This document shows positions 29,790 through 40,258 of a stretch of DNA of 64,000 nt, piece by piece. The stretch's first letter is position 1; each line of letters opens with the position of its first letter. The stretch is from Candidatus Babeliales bacterium (GTDB taxonomy: Bacteria; Babelota; Babeliae; Babelales; Vermiphilaceae): NCBI GenBank assembly GCA_963743635.1, contig CAVUQO010000003.1:640001-704000 (forward strand). Direction: 5' to 3'. Below the pieces are notes generated by a model. That model had not been told where the DNA came from. It saw only the letters and a program-made list of their open reading frames with translations, and made no database searches. A program made the translations under genes and the position numbers.

Positions 29790-30722
29790 TTATGATGCTA
29801 AAGCGCCAATAATCACCGCTATATTATGCCGCACCATTCCAATATAGGTATCAGCACCACTGCCGACTGGGCCGAGGGCATCTGAATAAAGTTGATCGCC
29901 GATCTTAACTTCAAACTCCCGTGCACGAGCTGCTTGCTGGACTGCCTGAATATTGCGTTCAGGAATGGAAGCTTCTACGAATAATGCGCGTACTTTATTG
30001 GTTACGATGAAATCAACGAGTGCTTGCACATCTTTAATGCCGGCTTCAGATTCGGTACTGATGCCTTGTAATGCAACTACTTGAAAGCCATAGGCGCGGC
30101 CAAAATAGTGAAATGCATCATGAGCGGTAACCAGAATGCGTTGTGCTGGTGCAAGGCGGGAAACTTGTTCGTTAATGAAAGCGTCGAGCGCTTCAAGTTC
30201 TTGCGTGTAATCAGCAGCACGCGCTGCATAAGCGTCAGCATGTTCCGGATCATGCTGCATAAGCGCATCACGTATGATAGAAACGGCATCAATCCATATG
30301 CTGACGTCAAACCAGATATGGGGATCATGCATGGTTTCATATTCGGCAGATGCGATAAGGCGTGAGCGGTCAAGATGGTCGGCAATAGAGAGGGTTGGTA
30401 CATAGCGATTCATTGAATGGAGTACGTCTGCCAATTTGCCTTCAAGGTGCAATCCGTTATAGATGATCAGGTTTGCTGATGCGAGCGTTTGAATATCATG
30501 TTCGCGTGCGCGATAAAGATGCGGATCGATATCCGGGCCCATGAGGCTTGTAACGTCTGCGTAATCACCCACCAATTGACGCACGGTATCGCCAATGATG
30601 CTCGTGGTGCAGACAATTGAAAAGCGTGCGGGTTGGGAAACTGGCTGCTGGCGGTTAACCCAATAATAGATGCCCAAACCAAGGGCAAGCAATAGGGCAG
30701 TAATGAGGATCGATTGTTTCAT
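29790..30722 (-). CDS. Mn/Zn ABC transporter substrate-binding protein (TroA/MntA-like)
   Basis: DPHLY, YNGLHLEG, DPHIWFD, HDAFHYFG and LYSDAL metal-ligand motifs. Confidence 0.95.
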   Translation of the reverse strand: MKQSILITALLLALGLGIYYWVNRQQPVSQPARFSIVCTTSIIGDTVRQLVGDYADVTSLMGPDIDPHLYRAREHDIQTLASANLIIYNGLHLEGKLADVLHSMNRYVPTLSIADHLDRSRLIASAEYETMHDPHIWFDVSIWIDAVSIIRDALMQHDPEHADAYAARAADYTQELEALDAFINEQVSRLAPAQRILVTAHDAFHYFGRAYGFQVVALQGISTESEAGIKDVQALVDFIVTNKVRALFVEASIPERNIQAVQQAARAREFEVKIGDQLYSDALGPVGSGADTYIGMVRHNIAVIIGALAS

Positions 30723-30983
30723 GAAAGGGCTCTTTCAGGGCTTAAATATAGCCCATAATAGCACGGAAATTGTCCTTTAGTAAGAATGGCCATGCCTGAG
30801 GGTCCTCCTTGTTTCATATTCTGATTGTCTTTTGCCGATGGATAAAAAAAGGTGAATTTGGGGTATTTGAGTTTTGTTGAGGCAGGGCGGCTTTGCCTTT
30901 TTTTTTGATCTTTTTTCCCCTATTTTGGCTGTTTTTGGGGGCTGGGGACCGCCAATCAGGTTCGCCAACTCCATGACACCCTT

Positions 30984-31012
30984 TTGACAAACTGAATATA
31001 AGATGGCATGCT
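30984..31012 (+). promoter_or_regulatory. putative sigma70-type promoter
   Basis: TTGACA-N17-CATGCT upstream of ORF 31055. Confidence 0.45.
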
Positions 31013-31054
31013 TAATGGTGATAAATAGGAATATTATTCATAATAGAGGTTATT

Positions 31055-33319
31055 ATGAAACATACTAAAAAAATTATATCTGTTTTACTGCTTGGTGCAG
31101 TTGTTTGCGCCCCTCAGGCGCAGGCTATGCAGCAAGTGGCGCGTTTTGCGCGCACGGCGGTTAATACTGCCGTTAAGGCAAATAATGCCCTAGTAATTGC
31201 TCAATCAGCCAAATCGGTACTGCCTCATCAGGCGAGCCTGACGTTAAGGCGAGAAGTGGCCACGCGTGTAATTGTGCCATCGATGAGAAATACGATATCA
31301 GTCCCAAAGATAAATAATTATGGCCTGAATTCAGCCATGCATCCAGCTTTAAATGGCAGATCGTTGAGTAGTACAGCTGTGCAACGGGCTGCAATTACTG
31401 CGCAACAGTCGGTCGGTATTCGTGCTATGAGTAATGCTATCAATCATCAATCAATTGATGGATCTCATTCAGTGTTGCCAGAAGATCTTATAAAAGAAAC
31501 AGCTGAAAAGTGGCATTTTATGCTCAGGTGCGAAGAAAGTAAGTTGATGGATATTATAAAAACGTATCCCACAATTAAGGAGCACATTGCTGCCTCTCTG
31601 ACAAAAAATGGTGGTCCAACTAACTTCGATCTAGGGTCTATGTATTCGGAGTATATGAATATAACGTATAAAATGGCCGATATGCTGCTCGAAGACAATA
31701 ATGATAAGATAATGACTCTTTTTGCCGGTATGGTTGAAGATAATATTATAAAATATGTGGAACAAGAAGGAGAAGAGAGTCGTTTCCGTTTTTGTATGCA
31801 TGTAGCCTGGAAGTTGCCGAATTGCCGAGTGCTTGCAAAAAAATTTACTCCTTATGCTGTGGCAAATCTTGGATCTTTGACGCAGTCTAGGAGCGGATCT
31901 TATTTCTTGGACTACGTAATGGAGCACAATCCAGAAGCATCAAAGCAATTTACTCCTCATGCTGTGGCGCATATTGAATGGTTGGTGAAAGATTGGAATG
32001 GAGTGGATTTCTTGGAGTGCTTAATGCGGCACAATCCAGAAGTAGCGTTGAAATTTGCGTCGCGTATTATAGCAAACCCTACAGTATTTGTGGCACGCCA
32101 AGAAGGCATTACATTTGTATCGGCTATAATGCGCAAGCATGAAGCAGCGAGGATATCGTTGATGCAGCAATGCGCTGAAACATTATGGGAACATGCTCCA
32201 GAATTAATTCTGCCCTGGAGGGATACGCCATACGGCAAAGAAGCAATTGCAAAGATAGTGTCGAGGGGCGTACTGGATAAGAAGAAGCCCTACACTTTTT
32301 CAACTATGTTGGTTAAATCAATGGTTTCGAGCAATCCTACACTGACTCAAAAATATTTGGTTATTACCTATAAAGATATGCATTCGGGAAGTAAAACCGA
32401 TTTGAAAGATCCCAAGGTCGTAGATATGGTGGATGAAACGATTGCGATTGAACAATCATGGCTGAAAGATCATTACATCTTTGAGCATGGTAGGCGATGG
32501 ACATATAAATTACCCGAGATGGTTTATCGTCACTTCTATCAGCTTGCAAACAATATAATCCTTCCTGATGATTTTATGTTTACGCATACCAAGCCGCATA
32601 TTTATTCTCACAGGCTTAAGGCTCAAGAATTTGAGCAAGAAAAAGCATTACACACGCAGGTAATCAATGAACGTGAAAATATTCCGGGCGAGGTACGCAA
32701 TAGACGATTGTTCATGAATACCGGCTTATTAGGAAACGTCAATTCAGAAGGAAGCAGCTCGCTCTATTATGTGCTGAAAAATTATAATCAGGCAGATGCG
32801 CGTATTTCGATGAGATCAATCTTCGAGCAGTTCGGGCTGCAAGCGTTATATGAAAAACATAAAGCGCAGTGTGAAGCATTAGAGCAAGAGGCTCAAGCAT
32901 TAAGTAAATGGGGCCAATTATTAGTCATTGGAATACCCAAAGATAAGATAAGCGAATTAGCGACCTATCTTTGTATCAGCGGCCGTCCAAAACCAGCGAT
33001 TAACGTCGGTGGGCAAGAAACCTATGATGCAAAACGCATTCTCGATGCGCGATTGGAAGATCCTGAGTTGGCTAATAACAAAATCAACTGGGTTGCAGCC
33101 ATGACGGACTGTGCGCTCTTAGATCCACGCAGTGGTGTAAAAATAAAAGCAATAGATCGTCCAATAAATCTAGCAGCATTTAAAGCATGGGAAATGAAGT
33201 TCAACGAATTTATGCAATCGATCAGAGCAGAAGCAAAAGAAATAATGGATGCGCATAAAAGAGTAATCGAGAAAAATAGTCAAAATAAATGGGGAAATTG
33301 GAGGTTATGTCATGAATAA
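31055..33319 (+). CDS. secreted hypothetical protein with a basic low-acid N-terminal segment and 35-aa helical repeats
   Basis: 754-aa ORF, signal peptide ending AQA-M; 105-bp internal repeat near 31840-32150. Confidence 0.8.
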   Translation: MKHTKKIISVLLLGAVVCAPQAQAMQQVARFARTAVNTAVKANNALVIAQSAKSVLPHQASLTLRREVATRVIVPSMRNTISVPKINNYGLNSAMHPALNGRSLSSTAVQRAAITAQQSVGIRAMSNAINHQSIDGSHSVLPEDLIKETAEKWHFMLRCEESKLMDIIKTYPTIKEHIAASLTKNGGPTNFDLGSMYSEYMNITYKMADMLLEDNNDKIMTLFAGMVEDNIIKYVEQEGEESRFRFCMHVAWKLPNCRVLAKKFTPYAVANLGSLTQSRSGSYFLDYVMEHNPEASKQFTPHAVAHIEWLVKDWNGVDFLECLMRHNPEVALKFASRIIANPTVFVARQEGITFVSAIMRKHEAARISLMQQCAETLWEHAPELILPWRDTPYGKEAIAKIVSRGVLDKKKPYTFSTMLVKSMVSSNPTLTQKYLVITYKDMHSGSKTDLKDPKVVDMVDETIAIEQSWLKDHYIFEHGRRWTYKLPEMVYRHFYQLANNIILPDDFMFTHTKPHIYSHRLKAQEFEQEKALHTQVINERENIPGEVRNRRLFMNTGLLGNVNSEGSSSLYYVLKNYNQADARISMRSIFEQFGLQALYEKHKAQCEALEQEAQALSKWGQLLVIGIPKDKISELATYLCISGRPKPAINVGGQETYDAKRILDARLEDPELANNKINWVAAMTDCALLDPRSGVKIKAIDRPINLAAFKAWEMKFNEFMQSIRAEAKEIMDAHKRVIEKNSQNKWGNWRLCHE

Positions 33320-33401
33320 GAAGTTAATAATCAGTTTCGTATTAAGCAGTGCATTATGTGCGTCATATGCAATGAATTTCTTAAAACACCTAAATCAATA
33401 A
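33312..33401 (+). pseudogene. signal-peptide-only remnant (29 aa)
   Basis: MNKKLIISFVLSSALCASYAMNFLKHLNQ*, GGAGG RBS, overlaps the upstream stop. Confidence 0.45.
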
Positions 33402-33423
33402 CAATGCGAGTATTGGCTCCATG

Positions 33424-33454
33424 AAAAAGCGCCCTTTAAACGGGGCGCTTTTTT
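33424..33454. terminator. bidirectional intrinsic terminator
   Basis: AAAAAGCGCCCTTTAAACGGGGCGCTTTTTT between convergent genes. Confidence 0.85.
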
Positions 33455-33471
33455 AATGAAAACTAATCTAA

Positions 33472-35316
33472 TTACTTACGCTTTAAGATCGCGAGGAATG
33501 CTTCTTGCGGCACTTCAACGTTACCCACTTGTTTCATGCGCTTTTTACCCTCTTTTTGTTTTTCTAAGAGTTTGCGTTTACGGGAGATATCACCGCCATA
33601 ACATTTTGCGGTTACGTCTTTACGCAATGCAGCAACTGAGCTGCGGGCAATAATTTTTGCGCCAATGGCTGCTTGAATGGCAACTTCGAATAATTGTCGC
33701 GGGATAACTTCTCGCAAGCGTTCCACTAAATCTCGGCCAATATAATATGCCTTATCTTCGTGCACGATGCATGAGAGTGCGTCAACGGCTTTTTTATTGA
33801 GCAAGATATCCATTTTTACTAAATCAGAAGGTTCAAAGCCAGCTTCTTCATAATCGAAGCTTGCGTAGCCCGAACTGCGTGATTTGAGTTCATCATAGAA
33901 ATCGGTTGCCACTTCATTGAGCGGAAGTTTGTATTTTAGAATCACGCGATCTTCATCAATGAACTGCAGATTAATTTGTACGCCGCGTTTCTCTTCGCAG
34001 AGCGTAATCATATTACCCAGATATTCTTTGGGCGTAATGATCGTAGCATTAATAATTGGTTCTTGAATTTCTTCGATGGTGCTTGGATCAGGAAAGTCTG
34101 AAGGACTTTCGATATTAACCACTTCGCCTGAATGTTTCATTTTTACTTTGTAGAGTACGCTTGGTGCGGTTGCAATGATGGTCAGATTATATTCTTGTTC
34201 AAGACGTTGTTTGAATACATCCATATGCAAGAGCCCCAGGAATCCGCAACGAAAACCAAGACCGAGTGCCGGTGAACTTTTCTTTTCAACGGTGACGCTC
34301 GCATCATTAAGCGTTAATTTTTGAATGGCATCAAGGAGCGGATCGAAATCGGTGCTATCAACCGGGAAGATGCCGGCAAATACCATTGGCTTTGCGGGCC
34401 TAAATCCAGGAAAGGGAGTAACCGGTTTTTTGGTGTGGAAAATAGTATCACCAACGCGCGCTTCTTGTACCGTTTTCATACCAGTAATGACGTAACCTAC
34501 TTGGCCTGCATGCAATGCATCCATAGGGGTTAAATCGGGATACATGAGACCAATTTCAAGCACTTCATAGGTATTATCGGTTTGTGCGAGTTTTATTGAG
34601 TCACCTTTTTTGATGGTGCCATTGTGAACCGCAATTAAGCAAATCACGCCGCGATAGTCGTCGAACCATGAATCAAAGAGCAATGCTTTGAGTGGTTCAG
34701 AGATGGAGCCTGTTGGCGCAGGCATGCGGGTAATAATGCCTTCTAAAATATCTTTGATACCGATGCCGGCTTTACCGGAGGCTTTGATGATTTCGTTTTC
34801 TTTGAAATCGAATAATTTTTCAATTTGCAGGGCGATACGTTCTGGCTGCGCATTTGCCATATCAATTTTGTTCATGACCGGAAGAATGGTCAAATCTTGA
34901 TCAAATGCCAGATAAAAGTTTGCCATTGTTTGGGCTTCGACGCCCTGTGCGGCATCTACCAATAAGAGTGCCCCTTGGCAGGCGTAGAGTGAGCGAGAAA
35001 CTTCATAGGTGAAATCCACGTGACCGGGGGTATCGATGAGGTTCAGGAGATATTGGACGCCCTTATATTCATAAAACATTGAGGCGGTTTGGGCTTTAAC
35101 CGTGATGCCTCGCTCTTTTTCCACTTGGAGTTTATCGAGAAACTGTTCATGCTTTACACGGTCCGACAAAGTGCCCGTGAATTCTAAGAGTCGGTCCGCA
35201 AGGGTAGACTTTCCGTGGTCAATGTGAGCAATAATAGAAAAATTACGCACTCGGTCAGGAGTGAAATCCTGCAGCCTAAGCGATTTGAGATCCGTGGACA
35301 TGAGTGTATTTATCAA
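33472..35316 (-). CDS. lepA: elongation factor 4 (LepA)
   Basis: RNFSIIAHIDHGKSTLADR, LIDTPGHVDF, NKID, KCYGGDISRKRKLLEKQKEGKKRMK; start may be 35301. Confidence 0.98.
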   Translation of the reverse strand: MINTLMSTDLKSLRLQDFTPDRVRNFSIIAHIDHGKSTLADRLLEFTGTLSDRVKHEQFLDKLQVEKERGITVKAQTASMFYEYKGVQYLLNLIDTPGHVDFTYEVSRSLYACQGALLLVDAAQGVEAQTMANFYLAFDQDLTILPVMNKIDMANAQPERIALQIEKLFDFKENEIIKASGKAGIGIKDILEGIITRMPAPTGSISEPLKALLFDSWFDDYRGVICLIAVHNGTIKKGDSIKLAQTDNTYEVLEIGLMYPDLTPMDALHAGQVGYVITGMKTVQEARVGDTIFHTKKPVTPFPGFRPAKPMVFAGIFPVDSTDFDPLLDAIQKLTLNDASVTVEKKSSPALGLGFRCGFLGLLHMDVFKQRLEQEYNLTIIATAPSVLYKVKMKHSGEVVNIESPSDFPDPSTIEEIQEPIINATIITPKEYLGNMITLCEEKRGVQINLQFIDEDRVILKYKLPLNEVATDFYDELKSRSSGYASFDYEEAGFEPSDLVKMDILLNKKAVDALSCIVHEDKAYYIGRDLVERLREVIPRQLFEVAIQAAIGAKIIARSSVAALRKDVTAKCYGGDISRKRKLLEKQKEGKKRMKQVGNVEVPQEAFLAILKRK

Positions 35317-35448
35317 TTAAGGGTGATTCGGTAACCAATTTTTATTATAGCATAGTCATGTAAGTATAGATAGCACGGCATTCTTGTCTATTTTATATGA
35401 AAAACTAGCTCTTATAAATGGTGTTGTGATAGCGTACCAGTGTATCAA

Positions 35449-35496
35449 CCCGCCTTCGTATATTCGGGTCTTTTGACTCGAATAGCTACGGCGTGG
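35449..35496 (+). repeat. REP-like element (family B)
   Basis: CCCGCCTTCG-TA-[TATTCGGGTC TTTT GACTCGAATA hairpin]-GCTACGGCGTGG. Confidence 0.6.
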
Positions 35497-35695
35497 TTTT
35501 ACTGGTCGCTTGACTTATATATTGAAAACATTTGGTGTTTGGCGCAGTAGAATAATCAATGACACAAAGAGGTTTACTTCAGTAGCCTTTCTTGTGTTAT
35601 TTGGTTATTCGCGGTATCATAAATAGACATTACAAATGTACATATACCGCATAATTTACGTTAGAAAACGATAGCTCATAGAAAAAGGTGGCACT

Positions 35696-38400
35696 ATGGA
35701 ACCGGAAAATAAGAGCAAGGTAAATAATCTTCGTATTAAGCCTGTGCTCATTGAGGACGAACTCAAGACGTCATTTTTAGATTATGCCATGTCCGTGGTG
35801 GTAAGTCGTGCGATTCCTGATATTCGTGATGGATTAAAGCCGGTTCATCGCCGCGTACTCTATACGATGTATCAGCTTGGCTTTCACTACAATAAGCCAT
35901 ATCACAAATCGGTACGCGTGGTGGGTGATGTGCTTGGTAAGTATCATCCGCATGGTGATCAAGCGGTGTATAATACCATGGTTGGCATGGTGCAAGATTT
36001 CTCCAAACGCTATCCATTGCTTGATGGACAAGGTAACTGGGGTTCGGTTGACGGGGATAATGCAGCAGCAATGCGTTATACTGAAGTCCGCATGGCAAAA
36101 ATTGCTCAGGAAATATTGGCCGATCTTGATAAAGAAACGGTACGATTTGTTCCTAACTTTGATGAATCAACGGTTGAGCCAATGGTATTGCCAAGCAAAT
36201 TCCAAACTTGCTCGTAAATGGTACCACCGGTATTGCCGTTGGTATGGCAACTTCAATTCCGCCCCACAATTTGGGTGAAGTGATTGATGCATGTCTTGCA
36301 TTACTTGCTAATGAACCAGAACTTTCTGATGAAGAACTGTTTGAAAAAATTCCTGCTCCTGATTTTCCAACCGGCGGTATTATTTGCGGCCGTGCTGGCA
36401 TTGTAAAAGCATATAAAACAGGTCGCGGTAATTTAATTTTGCGTGCTGTGGTTGATATTGAAGAGACCAAAAAAGGCAGTTCGATTATTATCACTGAATT
36501 GCCATATATGGTTAATAAAGCAGCACTTGGCAATCAAGATTGCTGATTTGGTGCGTGATAAAGTGATTGAAGGCATCACCAATATTCGTGATGAATCGGA
36601 TAAAAAAGGTATGCGCTTAGTGATTGAAGTTAAGCGTGGTGAAATGCCGCAAGTAATTCTGAATCAACTGTATAAATATACTCCATTGCAAACATCAGTT
36701 TCTATTTTGATGCTTGGGTTGCTTGATAATAGCCCGCTGGTTTTTTCATTGCGTCAATTGTTGCAATCAATTCTTGTATCACCGCCGCGAAGTTGTTTAT
36801 AAACGCACTGTGTATGATTTGACGCAAAGCGCAAGAGCGCGAGCATATTGCTTGACTGGTTTTATTATTGCGCTTAGATAATATTGATGAAGTGGTTGCG
36901 CTCATCAAGAAATCGCAATCTGCAGAAGAAGCAATTACTAAATTAAATAAACGTTTCTTGCTTTCTGCTGAACAAGGCAAAGCAATTTTGGAAATGCGCT
37001 TGCAACGTTTGACCGGTCTTGAACAAGAAAAAATTCATGCCGAAATGGAAGAAATCAAAAAGACGATCGCGCATCTTAGAAGCAATTCTTGAAAATGAAG
37101 AAATCTTAAAAAAGAAATTCATTACCGAATTGTCGCCATTAAAAGAAGAATATGCCGATACGCGCAAATCGCGCATTGAAGGTGCAATTGATATTTTTAC
37201 TGAAGCTGATTTAATTCCTGATGAAGAAGTGGTGGTAACGCTTGACACGAAAGGCTATATCAAACGCGTATCGCTGGAAACCTATGGCGTGCAGCATCGT
37301 GGTGGCAAAGGTAAGATGGGTATGGCGACACTTGAAGAATCTGATGATATGATTGAAGATCTATTTGTTGCGCAAGAACCATGATGAGCTTCTCTTCTTT
37401 ACCAACTTAGGCCGCGTATATAGCATGCAAGTATTTGAAGTTCCTGAAGTTCACGTATTGCAAAAGGACGCGCAATTGTTAATTTGTTGCCGCTTCAACG
37501 CAGGCGAACATGTGGTTAAATTACTCTGCATGCGTGATTTATTGAAGGCAACTTCTATTGTAATGCTTACCAAAAATGGAATTATCAAACGAACTGATGC
37601 GAAGTGAATTTGCAAATATTCGTTCAACCGGTATTCGTGCATTGACGTTGAGTGAAGGTGATGAATTGGTCATTCTGTGCAATGAGTACTGGTAACGAAT
37701 CGGTTATTATTGCAACGGCACATGGTCAAGGAATTCGCTTTAATGAAACTGAAGTGCGTTCATGGGACGTCAGGCTGCGGGTGTGATTGGTATTCGTTTA
37801 AAAAAGGTGATTATGTGGTCGGCATGGAAGTGATTGCTGATCATGGTGATATTCTCTTTGCAACTGAAAATGGTTATGGCAAACGAGTAAAAATTAAAGA
37901 TTTCCGTGTTGCGCATCGTGGTGGCGTTGGTGTTCGTACTATTCCAACCGATAAACGTAACGGTCAAGTGATTGGGCTTGAGCATGTTACTGATAAATCA
38001 AATGTACTCTTGATTGATCAAGCGGGTAAAATTATTCGTCTTACCACCAACAGAAGTTCGCACCATGGGCCGCCAAGCAAAAGGGGTTCGTTTGATCAGA
38101 CTTGATGAAGGTCAAAAACTGGCTTCAGTGGTTGCATTTGAAGAAGAAGAACATGAAGGTGGATCTGGCTCAGGAAATGGTGAAGGCCATATTTCAGGTG
38201 CGGTGAAATTGAAAACAGAACAATCGATTAGTGACATTTTGCAGTTCGACGATGTACAAGCAGCGGCGGCGAACGACGAGTTCGAAGCATTTACAGAACA
38301 TTTGGAACCAGAGGCTGAAAGCCTTGTAGCAAAGGAAGAGCTGCAACTGGAAGTCCTTCGTGAGCCTCAGGATGAGGGTTCGATGCTCGAAGAGTTCTAA
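35696..38400 (+). CDS. gyrA: DNA gyrase subunit A, split by many apparent indels
   Basis: [22 protein letters not shown] (catalytic Tyr), PAPDFPTGG, GyrA-box QHRGGKG, C-terminal pinwheel repeats and acidic tail over consecutive ORFs. Confidence 0.95.
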
Positions 38401-38429
38401 CTAATTATTGAATACATAAAGAATACATA

Positions 38430-38466
38430 AAAAAAGGGGCGTCCGATAAATACGGATGTCTCTTTT
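38430..38466 (+). terminator. putative terminator after gyrA
   Basis: AAAAAGGGGCGTCCG...CGGATGTCTCTTTT stem-loop. Confidence 0.6.
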
Positions 38467-38491
38467 GCTTTTGGGGACAATCTTGCTCCTT

Positions 38492-38678
38492 ACCCATTCG
38501 ATACAATTTTTATTTTCGCTTACGAAAACAAAAATCACTCAGGGCGAACGGAGAGGATGTTCTTTGTAGGTAAAAACTAATTTATATATAAAAATTCATA
38601 ATATTTACGGGAAAAAAGTTTATTTCCCGTTCGCCCTGAGTGTTTCGATCCGTCAGGAGCGAAACGTATCGAATGGGT
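38492..38678. repeat. inverted doublet of REP-like family A
   Basis: 38492-38551 ACCCATTCGATAC...CACTCAGGGCGAACGG and inverted 38627-38678, with different internal hairpins. Confidence 0.88.
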
Positions 38679-38709
38679 GCGGGATCAAAAAACTGAAAAT
38701 AAAGAAAAC

Positions 38710-39849
38710 ATGACTAATCAACACATAATCCTTCACCTATCACTGATCGACGGCATCGGGCCGGCAACGATTGCACAGTTATGCGCACGCGCAGAAAATC
38801 TTGCAGAGTTATATCATTGCTCAGCGCATGAGATAACCCATCGTTACGGCATAGCGCCGACATATGCGGCAAAAATAGTTGCAGGGCTTGCCGACAGATC
38901 GCTTTTTGAGGCTGAATATGCCCGTATTGAAAAGCATGGCATTTCTTGGGCGGTAATATCAGATGAGAGCTATCCCGACGACTTGCGGACTATTTATGCG
39001 CCGCCTTCGGTGATTTATTGGCGCGGCGCTTTGCCAACCGAGGCTAATCCGAGTATTGCGTTCGTCGGGTCTCGTAAAGCCAATCGCTATGGGGAAAACA
39101 CTATTCGCACGCTTGTGGCGCCGCTGGTGCAGCAAGGTTGGTGTATTGTGAGTGGTGGTGCCTTAGGCGCTGATAGTATGGCTCATGAAGCAGCATTGCA
39201 AGCGCAGGGCCGTACGATAGCAGTATTGGGTTCAGGATTATTGCAACTCTATCCGCGTACCAATATTCGTCTTTTTGAGCGCATTGTAGATGCTGGCGGG
39301 GCACTCGTGAGCAGTTTTCCGCTCATGCAGGGGGCGTTGCCAGGGAATTTTCCGGCACGAAACCGCATCATTGCAGGCATGAGTAAGGGATGCGTTGTGA
39401 TACAAGCAGCGCGCAAAAGTGGAGCTCGCATTACTGCCATATGTGCGCTTGAACAGGGGCGTGAGGTATTTGCGGTACCGGGTATGATCGATGATGAGTT
39501 GGCCGAAGGGTGCAATGCATTGATTCAGGAAGGGGCAAAGCTGGTAATGTCGGTCGACGATATTCTGGCAGAATTTGACCCACAGGTTAAAAAGGCCGGT
39601 ATTCCGGCTGCATTGCAGCAAATGAGTCTCTATGACGTTGAGCCTGAAGAGCCAAAGCTTAAACCTGCGGTGATTCCGGCAACAATAGAGGGCAAAATTA
39701 GCCGAATCTGCAAAAATGGGGTTACCACGGATGAACTACTCCTGGAGACGGAATTAAGCCTACCTGAGCTGACAGCGAAGCTGTTTGATATGCAAATTGA
39801 GGGTCTTATTGAGCAAAATAGCGCGGGGATGTGGCAGGCGACTCGATAA
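38710..39849 (+). CDS. dprA: DNA-processing protein DprA
   Basis: IAFVGSR, IVSGGALGAD, AVLGSG, FPARNRIIAGMS, GREVFAVPG, GCNALIQEGA; C-terminal winged helix. Confidence 0.95.
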   Translation: MTNQHIILHLSLIDGIGPATIAQLCARAENLAELYHCSAHEITHRYGIAPTYAAKIVAGLADRSLFEAEYARIEKHGISWAVISDESYPDDLRTIYAPPSVIYWRGALPTEANPSIAFVGSRKANRYGENTIRTLVAPLVQQGWCIVSGGALGADSMAHEAALQAQGRTIAVLGSGLLQLYPRTNIRLFERIVDAGGALVSSFPLMQGALPGNFPARNRIIAGMSKGCVVIQAARKSGARITAICALEQGREVFAVPGMIDDELAEGCNALIQEGAKLVMSVDDILAEFDPQVKKAGIPAALQQMSLYDVEPEEPKLKPAVIPATIEGKISRICKNGVTTDELLLETELSLPELTAKLFDMQIEGLIEQNSAGMWQATR

Positions 39850-39962
39850 ATGAGGGGCCAATTACGGAATCTGATTGATTTTTGAGCGTTTTTTTTATAT
39901 CATTTGTATATCCCTATCGAAATAATATCATATGGTTCATAGAAAAATTTTTAGGATGTACT

Positions 39963-40235
39963 ATGCCAGTACCAAAACGGAAGCGCTCCCGGGCGCGTCG
40001 AGATTCGAGATTCGCAAATAAGGGCCTTGAAGTTAAAGCATTTACTTTGTGTCAAAACTGCCAAGAGCCACTTATGACTCACGCTGCATGCATGAACTGC
40101 GGTCACTATAAAGGTGTCAAAGTCATGGTTACTAAGCTTGATCGAGCGGTAAAACGTGGTCAAACTCGTGAAATTCGCGCAGCGCGTGAAAAAACTACAC
40201 AACAAGCGCAGGCTTCAGACGCTTCAGCTGAGTAG
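39963..40235 (+). CDS. rpmF: 50S ribosomal protein L32 (Zn-binding form, C-terminal extension)
   Basis: MPVPKRKRSRARRDSR...CQNC...HAACMNCGHY. Confidence 0.95.
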   Translation: MPVPKRKRSRARRDSRFANKGLEVKAFTLCQNCQEPLMTHAACMNCGHYKGVKVMVTKLDRAVKRGQTREIRAAREKTTQQAQASDASAE

Positions 40236-40258
40236 CGATTTGTAAATAAAGGATACGC

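Noticed and set aside
30783..30972. Weak inverted similarity (GAATGGCCATGCCTGAGGGTCC vs GGGGACCGCCAATCAGGTTCGCCAACTCC) and a 65-aa ORF upstream of the metal-binding gene; possible riboswitch or decayed REP doublet
   Set aside because: Too degenerate to support by eye; would need an Rfam/Infernal search.
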